NCBI RefSeq assembly: GCF_009834535.1
Contig: NC_045696.1
Span: forward strand, 43,526,001-43,590,000
DNA from: Camelus ferus
Lineage: Eukaryota
Direction of reading: 5' to 3'
Length of the DNA stretch: 64,000 nt
In this document: positions 12,101-24,829 of the stretch, one piece after another
How positions within the stretch are numbered: position 1 is the stretch's first letter
Layout: each line of letters starts with the position of its first letter
The notes under the pieces: model-generated
Told to the model about the DNA's origin: nothing
Databases searched by the model: none
What the model saw: only the letters and a program-made list of their open reading frames with translations
Made by a program: the position numbers and the translations under genes

Positions 12101-15100
12101 TTTTATTGAGATATGTATTCATCTGGACCCTTCTATTGGTCAATGTGAACACCTTCATTATAAGAAAGTAAAAGAGGTACTAAAAAATCATAGCAGTATT
12201 TCAATATTCTCTGATACTTATTCACTATTTTTGTAAACATATTTTTACACATTCTAAACTGGCATCAACTTCAATGATCCAACATATTTTATTATTTTAA
12301 TTTTACAGAAAAGAAAAGTAAGTTTCAGCTTTTAATAAAGAATTTAACCATGATAACTAGTGACCTGTAATCTGCAAACTCACTCTTTGCTTCATGTTGG
12401 GAATCTTCAGTGTTTTTTGTTTGTTTGCGTGTTCCCCTACAGAAAGAACAATGTATACCCCTGAAAATGAGAGACTTAACGATGTGCAAATTATTTTTCT
12501 TCTTGGGCATCCTTAGAAGTAATCAGTCAAGACAATTCAAACTGTGTCACATAGTCACCAGTGAGGCACAACAGTAAAGAGAAGAGCACTGGCATACAGC
12601 GTTTTGGAAAAATATATCGAACTGCTCACATTTTATAAGGAGCATTTTCTATTAAAAAATTTATAATTTCACATTTTATAAGAAAGCTCCAACTCAACAT
12701 CAGGCCTGGGCTTGCAGGGATTTAGACTGGATGAACAAAAGTAATATAACGTGCAGAAATTCTAAGCATCCGTCAAGTTCCTGGTGGAAGTAAACATTTT
12801 AGAACAGCAAAGAACTGTTTTAAGAAGCAGCAGCTCCTTTTAGACTAGTTCTGTAAGTTCTGTGAGTTCTGTAAGGCATTAGGAAAGAGAATCAACTGGA
12901 ACAAATTGCCCACCCCACCTCCTCCCCAACTGAGCTTCTTCTTAAGGGGAATAGATTTATTTTAAATAAATCAAATACTCCTCAGACTTTGGTGGAGGAA
13001 TATTTTGTTCAAGCACTTCAAAATGAAAGTAAAGGAGAAGCAATTTGATAACATGTTTCAAAGGTGAAGGGCTACACCCACAACAGAACCAGGCTGGGAA
13101 ATACCTTACTTCCCCCAATAATAACTTTATAAAAGACTTCTAAACAAATATTTTATGATTCAAATATGACTCAGCAACAATAGTAAAGTTTTCCAGAATT
13201 TGTAAAGACTTCTCATTAGCTATTGGGATACTGAACTGAATTTACATGATTGCTGGGTTTTTTTGAGCAGTATTACACTCATAACTGAGTGGAAAAGCCA
13301 ATACTTTATTTAATTTTAATTAGACAAGTTTGCATACACACAGAAACAAAAACAGGTTTCCAAGAATAATACTGAACCACGCACTATATAGCAAATAGTA
13401 ATGCACAGTACATACAGGGCAGGGTGGTGGAACCCACGGTGTTCTGTTTTCTCTGTACCCACCATGGTTCTGATTACTTATTTAGTGCTTAGTTTCTCTA
13501 AAACACACTAAGCAATGTCTTTGCTGGTTCATTTTTTATAGTTTTAATCTTTAACATCTACTCGGACACATGGTGTTTATAGAATGCCTGGCTGATGATG
13601 GTTGCAAAATTGAAATAAGAATAAGTAAAGCAGAATAGAAACACAAGTAGTCTTCCCCCACTTAAGTCCCCTGACAAAGCCTCACCCCCTTCCCCTACTC
13701 CATGACTACCTAATGCCTCACGTCATCTTTACCCGTGATGGGACAGAATCTTTGTAGCTAGTCCTGAATTATAACATGGCAGCAATCACTTGGACATGAG
13801 TTTTGGACTCACCCTCTTTGTGTCTATGCTCTAATTTCTCTACAATCTCATTTATGCCCTTCATCTAATTTACCACCTGGCTTTGCAGTCATTTACTTCA
13901 TTTTATTATCTCCATTTATAAATAAAATTGGTATGAGTTCAGGAGTTGATAGAACAAGTTTGGTAACAAAAATAATTAATTATAAAGTAGCCTTGAGTTA
14001 CCATTGAACAGATACAGAGGTTTCCATTCAAATAAACAGAAAAGCTTGGTAAACATATTCTAAGAAATACAGTAAGCATAGTCATTATATGCTTTCTAAA
14101 TAATTTAGTTACATAGATGCAAAGTCACATAGATGCAAAGATGCACTCCAAATATCTGGCCTTCTTTGGATAGATGATTTCCCCTAACATTTAATGTAAT
14201 TTAGGTATGTAATTTATATATATAATTTAAATCTTGTTTTAACAGGAATATGTTTCACACAGACTCTATATGTTTGAAAAAATACAATTCTCTAAAACAT
14301 GTATTTCCACATAATGCTTTACTTCACACATTATTTATATACTTATTGTCATAGTTATCAGGATGTTCAGAGGCAATTTAGGTTGAAGAAGAAATCTCTT
14401 CAATAGCATTCCTGTATAGAGTATTTCGCATATATATGTATATATACATTTTATATATATATATAAAACACACACACACATACAAGATACATATATACAC
14501 AAGATATATATATACTTCATTCTTTGGCTATGTAAATAGTATGAGAAGCCTTGCAAAATATAGTTGTTATATAAAGAAGTAAAAGAATCAGAAGCTTCCT
14601 AATATAATTATTGTTCATGGAATTATTCAACTGTTATTCCAGTGGTTCAAAAATTCAGGCTATACTGATATTTTTAAAAATTATACCCTTTTATCCCTGA
14701 ATGCAACTGAACCATTTCAACCACTCTCTTGAGATGAGACATTTTTTTAAAATGTTGCAAGATGTTTAAAAAAATTGGAAACATGAAATGCAAAAAAGAT
14801 ATAAATTATGTCTGAACTTTATGATTCCTTTTTTCCTCTCCAAAACCTCTACACTATACTCATTACCAGAAGTTAGGGTATAGGATAAAATAGCTGAATG
14901 AGGGTGAAAGAGACATCTTGAAGAGGCTGGGCATCCACATTTTAGTAGGCTTCTAAATGTTATTGAATAACCTCAAAAATACTCATAGGGAGATCACTTT
15001 TCAAGTTCCTATCCTTTTTTTGTCTCCTTTATAGCCTGTATTGAAAATATGAAAGAATCCAGAAACTGTGATGGGACAAATATATCATTTGCATCAATCA

Positions 15101-15774
15101 GGATAGAGGGAACACATCTTCTTATGACAATTTTTAATAAGTAGCGCAGTCTGACAATATTCCTCTTGTGTCTGGGTAATAAGTTCTATTTGTACAAATT
15201 GAATTTGACATTTTCTTTATTTGTCTGCTTTATATGTTCATGATAACCCCATAGCATGTTTGAGTCAAGGTATTATCTTTCAGGGGAGTTTTATGAAACT
15301 AACTATAGATATTTTGAATAAGAACACTAGCAAAAAAAGCACATTATCTCTACTGATAAGTCTTATTAAATATATAATGCAAAATGAATTTAGAAATGAC
15401 AGGTATTCCCATGAAATTTTCAGATAAATTCAGGTTTCTCTGTCCACAGTATTAGGAGCTTTAAAATTAGACTGCATTTACCACTGTCACTGCAAACTGT
15501 GCTACTTGACTTGTGGCATATACTTAGGTTATTGTAAAGATGTTGTTATTCAATTTATGTTTTCAAATGCTAACATGTACGAATATGGAGGAATGCAAGA
15601 TAATTTCCACAAAATGAAATAAAAGAAAGAACAGTGACAGAAAGTTGAGGTGTTATTAACTTCAAATTTGTCTTCACAAGGATATGTGGAAAAGAGCCAG
15701 CATGCATTTTAGCAGGATAGATGGAAATGGGACTGAGGTATGAGAGATACTGTTGGATAATTTATCTTACCTTG

Positions 15775-16592
15775 GCCCACCTCTCCATACCTATGCTGCT
15801 ATCCAAGTTCAGGCCATTATTACCTGTTACCTGGCATATTTTAATAGCTTTCAACTTATCTTGTCAGCTCCAGTCACTTCCTGACTTAGTTCATTTCTCA
15901 TATACTACTAGATTCAACATCCTGAAACACATTTGAGTTCATGGCTCATCTTAGCTCAAAAACTCCAGGGTTTTCATTTTCTTATAATCTAGAATTGAAA
16001 TCCTTAGGCTGAATCAAGTGCTTCAATATCCTGACACAAATCTATTTATTTATTGACATTTCCCAATATTCCAAGGACCTTACCTTTCAGGCAAATCTAA
16101 CTAATCACTATAAAGTAACCACGCTTCCACTCAATGCTAGAATGGCTTTCTCTCCGTCAAGACAAGTACAAATCCTACCTGTCACTTAGCGGCTGTTTAA
16201 AGTGCCAACTCCCCTTTCACACGTTCCTAGAATTCACATCTCTTCTAGAAGCAAACTTTCCCTCCTGTAAATAGAGCTAGCTCTACAGCCAGTATTTGAT
16301 AAAAGTTCTTTCTTCCTTAAACTCCATTTAGTCAACAAATATTTATCCAGTAACACTTATGAAAGGATTTACTTGAAACATTTTGCTTACATGTAAACAG
16401 AAACAGAATACAAAACATTTATGTAAGCATTTAGCAGAATACATCCTATTTTATTAGGTGGTTAGTCAAGAGTGTTTTTCTGCTGCTTCTTTCCCTAGCG
16501 GATGGTCCATGACTGGTTTAATACTATAAATTTCCATAGCATCTAATTTACTATCTTGTCCATAATAAATGCTCAATATATATTTGTTGAAC
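15775..16592 (+). mobile_element. Fragmented L2
   Basis: ctctccatacctatgctgctatccaagttcaggccattatt...gctcaaaaactccaggg is L2 ORF2-end-like; L2 3' terminus taaatgctcaatatatatttgttgaa lies near 16565-16592. Confidence 0.6.
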
Positions 16593-17787
16593 TAGCAGAT
16601 GGTCATCTTTTTAGCTTTTTCTTCATTTCTTTAAAAAACTGTTACAATAATCATATGAAATGTGTTATTATGGTTCATTTATAAAAATGTCTATTTGCAA
16701 GGACATAGACTTGGATATGCTGTAATGCACAACTGGAAATACTTTCACTTTCTAAGCCTAAAGAATGATTTAATATACTCATGATTATTTAATTAGCTTT
16801 GGTAATCAGAGTAAACAGGTATTTTCAAAGAAGAGATTAAATGTACTCTCTTCCTTTCAAAGCTGAAAGTGTCATAAGTACCTGATAATAGATACTGTCT
16901 TTTATTAAACTTAACAAGGTGATCTTTTGTTTTTATATTCTATAGCTCTGTGTTGTCAAACCAATTAGCCCTGCATACAGATACAAGTGAATTGCAATCA
17001 TTAACTCAGCAAATGAAACTATTACTTTCAAGGGATACTAATCAATTAAAGAAATTAATGAATTGCCAACTCTCTTTCCTACACAGAATACATATAACAT
17101 ACACCAATATCCAAGTATGACTGATATGTCAATACATAACAAGTCTATGATTATAAAGAACACATCATTGACATGTATTATATACATAGACCCCTCTGAG
17201 ACTCCTAGATATAGCTAAAACTGTAATGTTTTACTAAACAGCATTCAAATAATTGCATTAGAATCAACTATGTATTTGATAGAAGTGTTCAAAAGCAGAT
17301 TAGAGAGGATGCAACTTCCTCAACACTCAAACACATACTTGGGTTTGTTACCCCCTAATCTATTCTGACAACATTTTATGGAGAATATGCATTCAGTAGT
17401 ATTTTGGACATTCTGAATGATACACAAATTGTTTTAACAGATCTCATATTCAAGGATTTTATAAATTAGTACACACATAAAGCAGACAGTATTATACACA
17501 ATTTAATTAAAGGCTGAGTTAGTTTATTTGGACTGTATGGCTAATTGGTTTTAAGAAATTTCCAAAAATAACTTTGGAGTATGTATGTGTATCTGCATGA
17601 ATTACCTGGAGGTCTTATAATGACTATTTATTCATTTTGTGTTTCCTAGAACATGTTTACGAAGATTTTTGTTTTTTCGTTTGTTTGCATAAAACTGTCT
17701 ACTCTATGTCTATAATTATAGGAAAATTTTTTAAAATAAATTACTTTCATTACCAATATTTTTATACTTAAATTTTTTAAAAAGTAA

Positions 17788-20700
17788 GAATTTCTAGTTT
17801 TGGCTTCAGTCTGAAAAATGCTTGAAAGTAATTCTTGGATGCTTCAGAGAACTGAGGTTGCAGGGAAAATTGCTACCTAGAAATCTAGAGAGACAGACGC
17901 ATCCAGAGAGACACAGCCAAGACATATTTACTGGAACAGAAACTTCTGGAGACACAAACTGTAGGAGAATTTAAATGATAATTTTGATGAACTACTGAAG
18001 GCTGAGTGTGGATTAGTCTCAGAGTAAGAAATTCCTTGGGACTGCATTCTGAGCAGGGTGGGCTTTCCTTCTAGGAACTCCATCAAGATTTCATGGTGAA
18101 GATCTGGTCAGTATCCCCTCTTGGCTCTGGCAGGGGAAGGGAAGAGTAATCATCATGAAATATGCCCACAGATGCTCTGTAACAAAAGCCTGTTCTCCAG
18201 GGCAAAAGCCTTTGTCAGAGCCTTATCCTGAGGAAGAAAATATCTCCCACTTCTAACCTTTCTGTCTCATATAAGGGAAAAAAAAAATGCAGCCAGTAGA
18301 GATCAGCATTTCAAGGAAATAAATTGAAAAATGCTGCCACCAGGGGTACAGATTAGGGTGCTGGAGGAAAACAACTATATAGCTGTTAAAAAAAACATTT
18401 GTGAGGGTCCAAGACTCACTAAAAGGTGAAGAGTTTAATTGGAGGATTATAGAGCACTTATCTTCACTTACACCTTACTTTCACACCAAAAAAAGTCCCA
18501 TTTAATAAGCGTCTTTCAAGACATAGTCTCTCTCTAAGGAAGAGTTTCTAGGGAAGCCCAAAGTCAAGAAGGGAGACAAAAATAAGGACACTAAATAAAT
18601 TTGAAGTTTCTGGCACTTAGAGCTATAGACAACACTAAATGTAGGACAACTCTTAGCCAAATTAAAATGAATTCTTGCACTAAAATCCTATTTACTTCAG
18701 AATTTATTACCTGATGTAACATATCTGACATTCAACAATGAAAAAATCATGCCAAAAAGCAAGAAAAACATAGTCTGAAGAGACAACACAATCATCAGAG
18801 CCAGACTCAGAAACTGACATGGATTTTGGAATTAGCAGATAAAGAATTTAAAATTTTGATGATAAATACATTAAGATCTATAATGGAAAAAGTAGACAGC
18901 AGATAATATATGGATAATTTAAGCAGAGAAATGGAAATTCTAAGAGAGCCTGAAAAGAAAACACTAGAAATCAAAGACACTGTCACACTAATGAAGACTG
19001 CCTTTGATGGACTCATCAGCAGACTCAGAAAGGCCACAGGAAGAATCAGTGAACTTACAGATGAGTCAATAGAAACTTTCCAAACTGAAATGCAAAAAGA
19101 TTAACATATTGTGACAGTCTTTTCTAGAATATAGAAGATGAAAAACTCTCTCCAAGTAATTTTGTGAAGCTAGCATTTCCCTGATACCAAAACCAGACAA
19201 ATATAATAAAAAGAAAGAAAAAAGAGAAAAAAGAGAGAATAAAGAAAAATGCTACACCAATATCTCTCATGAACTTAGACACAAAAATCCTCAAAAAATA
19301 TAAACAAACCAAGCCCAAAATGTATAGAAATAATTATATAACATGACAAATTGGGATTTATTACAGGTATGCAAGGCTGGTTCAACAACTGAGAACAAAT
19401 CCATGTAATCCACCATATCACCAATTATATATTGTTACAGAAAGAGCATTTGATGAAATCCAACACATATTCATGATAAAAATGTTCCAAAAGTTAGGAA
19501 TTAAGGGAAACTTCCTCAACTTTATAAAGAATATCTACAGAAAATCTATAGCTGACATAATTTCCAACAGTGAAGGACTGAATGATACTCTCTTAAGATT
19601 GAGAACAAGGCATGGATACTTGCTCTTATCAATCTTACTCCACATAGTATTGGGAATTCTAGCCACAGAAATAAGGTTAAATAAATAAATAAATAAAAGC
19701 AACAGTAAAAGGAAAGTACAAAAAATAAAACTAATTGCAGGTCGTGTGATTGTCTACATAGAAAATTTAAATAAAAATAGAAGCTAAATTGAAGAATATA
19801 AAAGGAGTTGAGTTCAGCTAAACTGAACAATATAAAAGGAACACAGAAAATCAAAAATAATTTTATATCCTTGATAATGCATATTTATTTTTACTTTATA
19901 TCTACAAGATCAAGACAATATGGTATTTGTGAACAGGTTAGGTACATAAATAAATGGAATAGATGATTCCAAAATAGACCCAAACAAATATCCTCAGTTG
20001 ATTTTTTACAAATAAGCAAAAGTAATTCAATGGAGTAAGTAATGCAATAGAGGCTTTTGCAATAAATGATACTTGAGCAATTGGATATTCATATGCATGA
20101 AAAATAAACTTCAACCTGAATCTCAATTACACAAAAAATGTACTCAAAATGGGTCACCAACATAAATATTAAGTGTAAAGCTATAAAACTTTTAGAAAAA
20201 AATAGGAGAAAAATCATTAGTGTTCACTGATAAGAGTTCTTAAATCCAACATCAAAACACAGTCCATAAAATGAAAAATTGATAAATTAAACCTAATAAA
20301 AATTATAAACTTTCTTCTATGAAAAGCTATGTGAAGAGGATGAAAATTTTGGAAGAAAATAAAGGCAAAGTACATATCTGACAAGAAACTAGTATATAGA
20401 TTATAAAATGAACTCTGAAAACTCAAAAGCTAAAAAAAAATCCAATTGGAAAATAAGAAAAAGGCAAGAACAGACATTTTACTGAAGTTATACAGATGGC
20501 AGTAAGCACGTGAAAAGTTGTTTAACATCACTAGCTGTTTGGCAAGTGCAAATTAAAACTGCAGAGGATATTGCCACATTCCTATCAGAATGGCCAAATA
20601 AAACAGAATGACAATATCAAATGCTGCCTAGTATGTGGATCATTCATACATTGTTGGTGAGAATATAATATATTACAGCCAGGAAATGTTATACTCTGGA

Positions 20701-21155
20701 AAATAGTGTGGCATTTTTCTGGCAAAACTTAACAGGCAATTACCATGTGACCCATAAATAGCACTCCTGGACATTTATAACCAAAAATGTATATATATAT
20801 ATTGGAAAAAAAGGACATCCTGTCATATGTGACAATATAGATGAACCTGGAGGACATTATGGTAAATGAAATGTCAGTCACAGAAGAACAAATACTGCAT
20901 GATTCCAAGTCCAAGAGTTTGACACACAAATAGTCAAACTCAGAGAAACATAAGGTAGAACTGTGGTTGCCAGGGGCTATGAAAGGCGGGGAAGAGGAGC
21001 TATTGCTCAGTAAATATTATGTTTCAATTATACAAGATGAAAAAGTCCTGGAAATCTGTTTCATAACAGTGTGAATATAGTAAGCACTACTGAACTGTAC
21101 ACTTAAAACTGGTTGAGACGGTCAATTTTATGTTATGTTTTTTTTACCCACAATA
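17788..21155 (+). mobile_element. Old L1M element (L1MB/L1MC age): 5'UTR, ORF1 remnant, ORF2 RT/C-terminal remnant and 3'UTR; internally deleted, possibly composite
   Basis: ORF 18910-19104 resembles the L1 ORF1 coiled coil (REMEILR...LEIKDTVTLMKTAFDGLISRL). RT-region motifs ctgataccaaaaccagac, ggtatgcaaggctggttcaac, gcatttgatgaaatccaacac. 3' end gaactgtacacttaaaactggtt...ttttaccacaata. Confidence 0.9.
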
Positions 21156-22810
21156 GAACAGCCAAGCCTATCTCCTTAAAAAAAATTGCATAGTCTTTGT
21201 TATGAAAAAAAAGGGGGGAAATGGAAACAAAAAGAAAACAAGAGAAAAGGAAAACTAAGTATAAAAATACCCTCTAGAGTCTCGGTCCCAATCTTGCTTA
21301 CTTTATTCGCAATATTTATGTATTAATATTTCATTTTAGCCAGTATTTTATACATTAATATGTATCCACACTAAATTCTTTCACATTTAATAGACATGGT
21401 GACTCTCAACTCAACTACATTTCTTCATGCCTCCACCATAACATTTTTCTTACCATAATATTTTATAAATTATTGTGCCTGAGTTAGTCTTCTCATTCCT
21501 GATAGTTGGGATCAGATTTTATTAATCATTATATGCTCAGCATTTATCCCAAAATACAAAATATACCAGGTTTTCAAGCTAATTAAATGAATAGGAATAT
21601 TACAATTTCTGAACCTTTGACAAACACACAAACACACACACATACACCCCACGTTCTTTACCCAGCAAAATCTTTTTTCTTAACAGATCAATTGAATTTG
21701 ATCTTCTTCCCTAATGTTTTTGGCCCAAGTTGTTTCTTATTTCTCCAAACTCTTACTATCATCGTAATATTAATTAAAGGTGACTGGTATTACTACTTAA
21801 ATATTTATTTCTGTATAGCTTCTCTTTAAAAAAAATGATTGGAAAGTATTGTTTAAGTCTTTCTTTTCTTCTGGCTCTTAGATAAATACTATGAACCAAC
21901 TGATTTTTGATATATAGAGATACATATAGATTTTGATTTAGAATTAGATTAGCCTGTTCAGTTTAACTTTTAATTGGTAAATTGTTTGACTCATTGATTG
22001 AAGAACTATCTCTCTGATGTTTGTAACTGTAATGCAACAATGCCTAGGAATTCTTTAATATATTTTGGAATAAACCCATTGAAATGGTTTACTCATGGAT
22101 TCACTGAAACATCTGTAATTCAGGGCCCAGAGTGTCACTGCCACTATATTTTTAGTTAGGTTTTAAAAAGCAAAGAAGCATTGGTCAGAGACGCATTTTC
22201 TGAACAGCTTCTGATATTCTGGTCCTTGCTAGCAGACTGTTTTCACAGAAGACACCCTGGGTAAGGAATTATTTTCAGTAAAACAAACAAACAAAATAAT
22301 ATAACTTACTGTCCTGCAGTCCCAGAAGCAGAAGAGAAAAATCAGGATACAAAGTCTATATCATTGGGGTGAAATATCAAAGAGAAACATGTTCAATGGA
22401 GCAACAGCATTTACATGAGGACAAATTTATATAGGTTTGCCCTTTTCCTATTTTTGCATGGTTAATCTTTGTCAGTATTGAGTTATGCAGGCTATTGTGC
22501 TTAATCAATGTGAAGATAAGCTTATCATTGTTTTCATGAGTAAACCCACTTAGAATGGTGATTTTCTGACATGAATTTGATATATGCTAATTATAGTAAC
22601 ATTCTCATAAATGTTTTTTTAAAAAATCATTGATAATAATTTTAAAATATTTTATTATGAGCTACTTTTTGAATCATGAAAAATAGTTGTTTGAATCATA
22701 ACATATTAATAATAAAACACAAAAATTTTTATTAACTGTAGAGAGTTAGATTTCCATGTTCTCATAACTGAAATCATCATCAGCAGCAGCATCTTTATTT
22801 TATTATCATC

Positions 22811-22949
22811 CCTGCTATTCAATGTATGGTCTTTGGACTTGCAACAGTAACATTACCTGGAAGTTTCTTAAAAATGACTAACCTACCTGAGCCTTCTGAA
22901 TTCTAACAAACTCTTCAGATGATTTGCATTAAATTTTGAAAACACCACA
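22811..22949. mobile_element. MER5-family hAT-Charlie fragment
   Basis: tgctattcaatgtatggtctttggac...cattacctggaagtttctta...ttaaattttgaaaacacc resembles the MER5A/B ends. Confidence 0.55.
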
Positions 22950-22951
22950 TT

Positions 22952-22992
22952 ATCACCATCATCATGATCATCATCATGATCATCATCATCAT
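22952..22992. repeat. (CAT)n simple repeat interrupted by GAT
   Basis: atcaccatcatcatgatcatcatcatgatcatcatcatcat. Confidence 0.9.
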
Positions 22993-23183
22993 AAAAATCC
23001 CTCAAATTTGTACCTTAGGGTGTCTATGGTTTTTTTTAAGCGTTTTTTGTTTGATTTTGTTTTGCATCATCCATATGTTTCAAGGGGCAGATATTGTGTA
23101 TCACTTACATGATAAAATGTCATTTTGCTCATAAATGTCAATTATTTCACTTTTTTAAAAGTAGAGATTACCTATAACCTGAC

Positions 23184-23270
23184 CACTGTTTTTCCAACCT
23201 AAGGTACATATGACATGGGGAGTTTATTAGAATGCAGGTATTGAATCAGTAGGTCTGGGCCTGAGATTCT
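23184..23270. mobile_element. MER5A fragment
   Basis: ggggagtttattagaatgcag...gaatcagtaggtctgggcctgagattct matches the recalled MER5A core. Confidence 0.65.
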
Positions 23271-24124
23271 ACTGCCTTTTCTGTTTCAACAGATCCAATA
23301 AATCAACCTGATATAAATTACCAGACTAGTTCCCCCAGTGTAGAATAGAATTATTTCAGAGTTCAATATTAGCCTACACTGTATATAGGCTGGGCAATTA
23401 GTCATGCATTATACCAAGTAGACTTGGTGAGAGGTAATCTAAGAGGTAATCTCATGTTACTGAGCTCATGAGTAAGTTCCAACTAGGCTACCATGATCAC
23501 TTTGTACATGAGTCCATTGAGAAGGTACTGATATGTCTGGAAAAAACATAGACAATTAACTGTATAACTAATAAGGGCATCTTCTGCATAGAATAGAATA
23601 ATTTATAAATTTACTTTAGTCACAATCATTCTCACTCTGCCATTTTTTAAAAGATTCATCAACATATATCTTTCTCTAACTTATTAACAATGCTCTAAAC
23701 TTGTCATTTCCAAATCCATGATCATATGACAAAATTATTAGTCACTATCCACTAAATATATATATATATATATACATGCACACACACACACATATATACA
23801 CATACACACACACACACACATGCATATATACGTATGGCTATACATCTGGTCATAGCTATATCCATTCAAAGTGACAACCAAATATATCAGCTGAAATTCT
23901 GCTTACTGGGAAGACACTCTCTCCCATTGTCTTTAAGGACCATAATTGAAAGCAATTACTTAATTTTGGCAATCTACTTCTCACGGGCACCAGAAGACTG
24001 GGATGGGCCTGAGATTCTGTTGGCTATCCTGTGTTTTAATGAATCCAACATAATTGACCTGATATAAGTCACCAGACTAGTTCCCCAATACAAAATAGAA
24101 GCATTCAGAGTTCAATATTAGCCT
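23256..24124 (+). repeat. Dispersed direct duplication of ~120 bp (23256-23375 and 24004-24124)
   Basis: Shared blocks tgggcctgagattct, acctgatataa, accagactagttcccc and ttcagagttcaatattagcct occur in the same order and spacing. Confidence 0.92.
23756..23830. repeat. Compound (TA)n/(CA)n microsatellite
   Basis: Directly visible. Confidence 0.95.
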
Positions 24125-24376
24125 CCCTTTTTTTTAGTATTAGATCTTTTTTATTTTATTAGTGCTTCTTTTAGTTTCTAAATATTCTAAAATCAACAAA
24201 ACTTATTTTTATACTTAAAATATTATTGTCAAAACATAGTAAAAGTCATTTGAACTAGTAACTCCATCACTACAAATCTAACCTAATAAACAGTATGAGC
24301 ACATTCACTGCAGCATTATTTTTACTAGAGAAAAATAAACAGCTCAAATACCCAATAATATAGTACAGTTAAGTAT

Positions 24377-24829
24377 GTCCATATGCCAATACCTGGACAC
24401 TTGGAATATATTACATTACATAGCAAGGGGAAATTAAAGTTGCAGGTAGAATTATGTTTGTCAATCAGCTGACCTTGAGGTAAGGAAAGTATCTTGGATT
24501 GTCCAGGTAGATTCTATATAATGACAAGGGTCCTTTTAAGAGTAAGAGTGAGGTAAGGAAGATCAGATCAGAGAGAGATTTTAAGATGCTATGCTACTCT
24601 ACTGAATTTGAAAATTGAGCAAGGACTATGAGCCAAGGAATGTAGGAGACCTCTAGCACCTACAAAAGGTAAAGAAACACATCCTCACTTCGATTCTCCA
24701 GGAAGAATACAGCCCTGATGACTCCTTAATTTCTAGCCCAGCAAAAACCTTTATGGATTTTTGACTTCTGGAACTGTAAGATAATAAATTTGTGTTGTTT
24801 TATGCCACTAAGCAATAGGAAACTAAAAT
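24377..24829 (+). mobile_element. MaLR solo LTR, MLT1D-like
   Basis: ggggaaattaaagttgcagg...aatcagctgaccttgag...gagccaaggaatgtagg...gaactgtaagataataaatttgtgttgtttt...gcaataggaaactaa. Confidence 0.85.

Noticed and set aside
12384..12436. 53-nt minus-strand exon candidate (ctgtag / AGA|gtgagt)
   Set aside because: Low-complexity A-rich content that overlaps an equally good plus-strand acceptor; it cannot be distinguished from chance.
14111..14140. Short tandem duplications (also 23430-23451, 55211-55248 and 58784-58815)
   Set aside because: Ordinary replication-slippage duplications with two copies only; not arrays.
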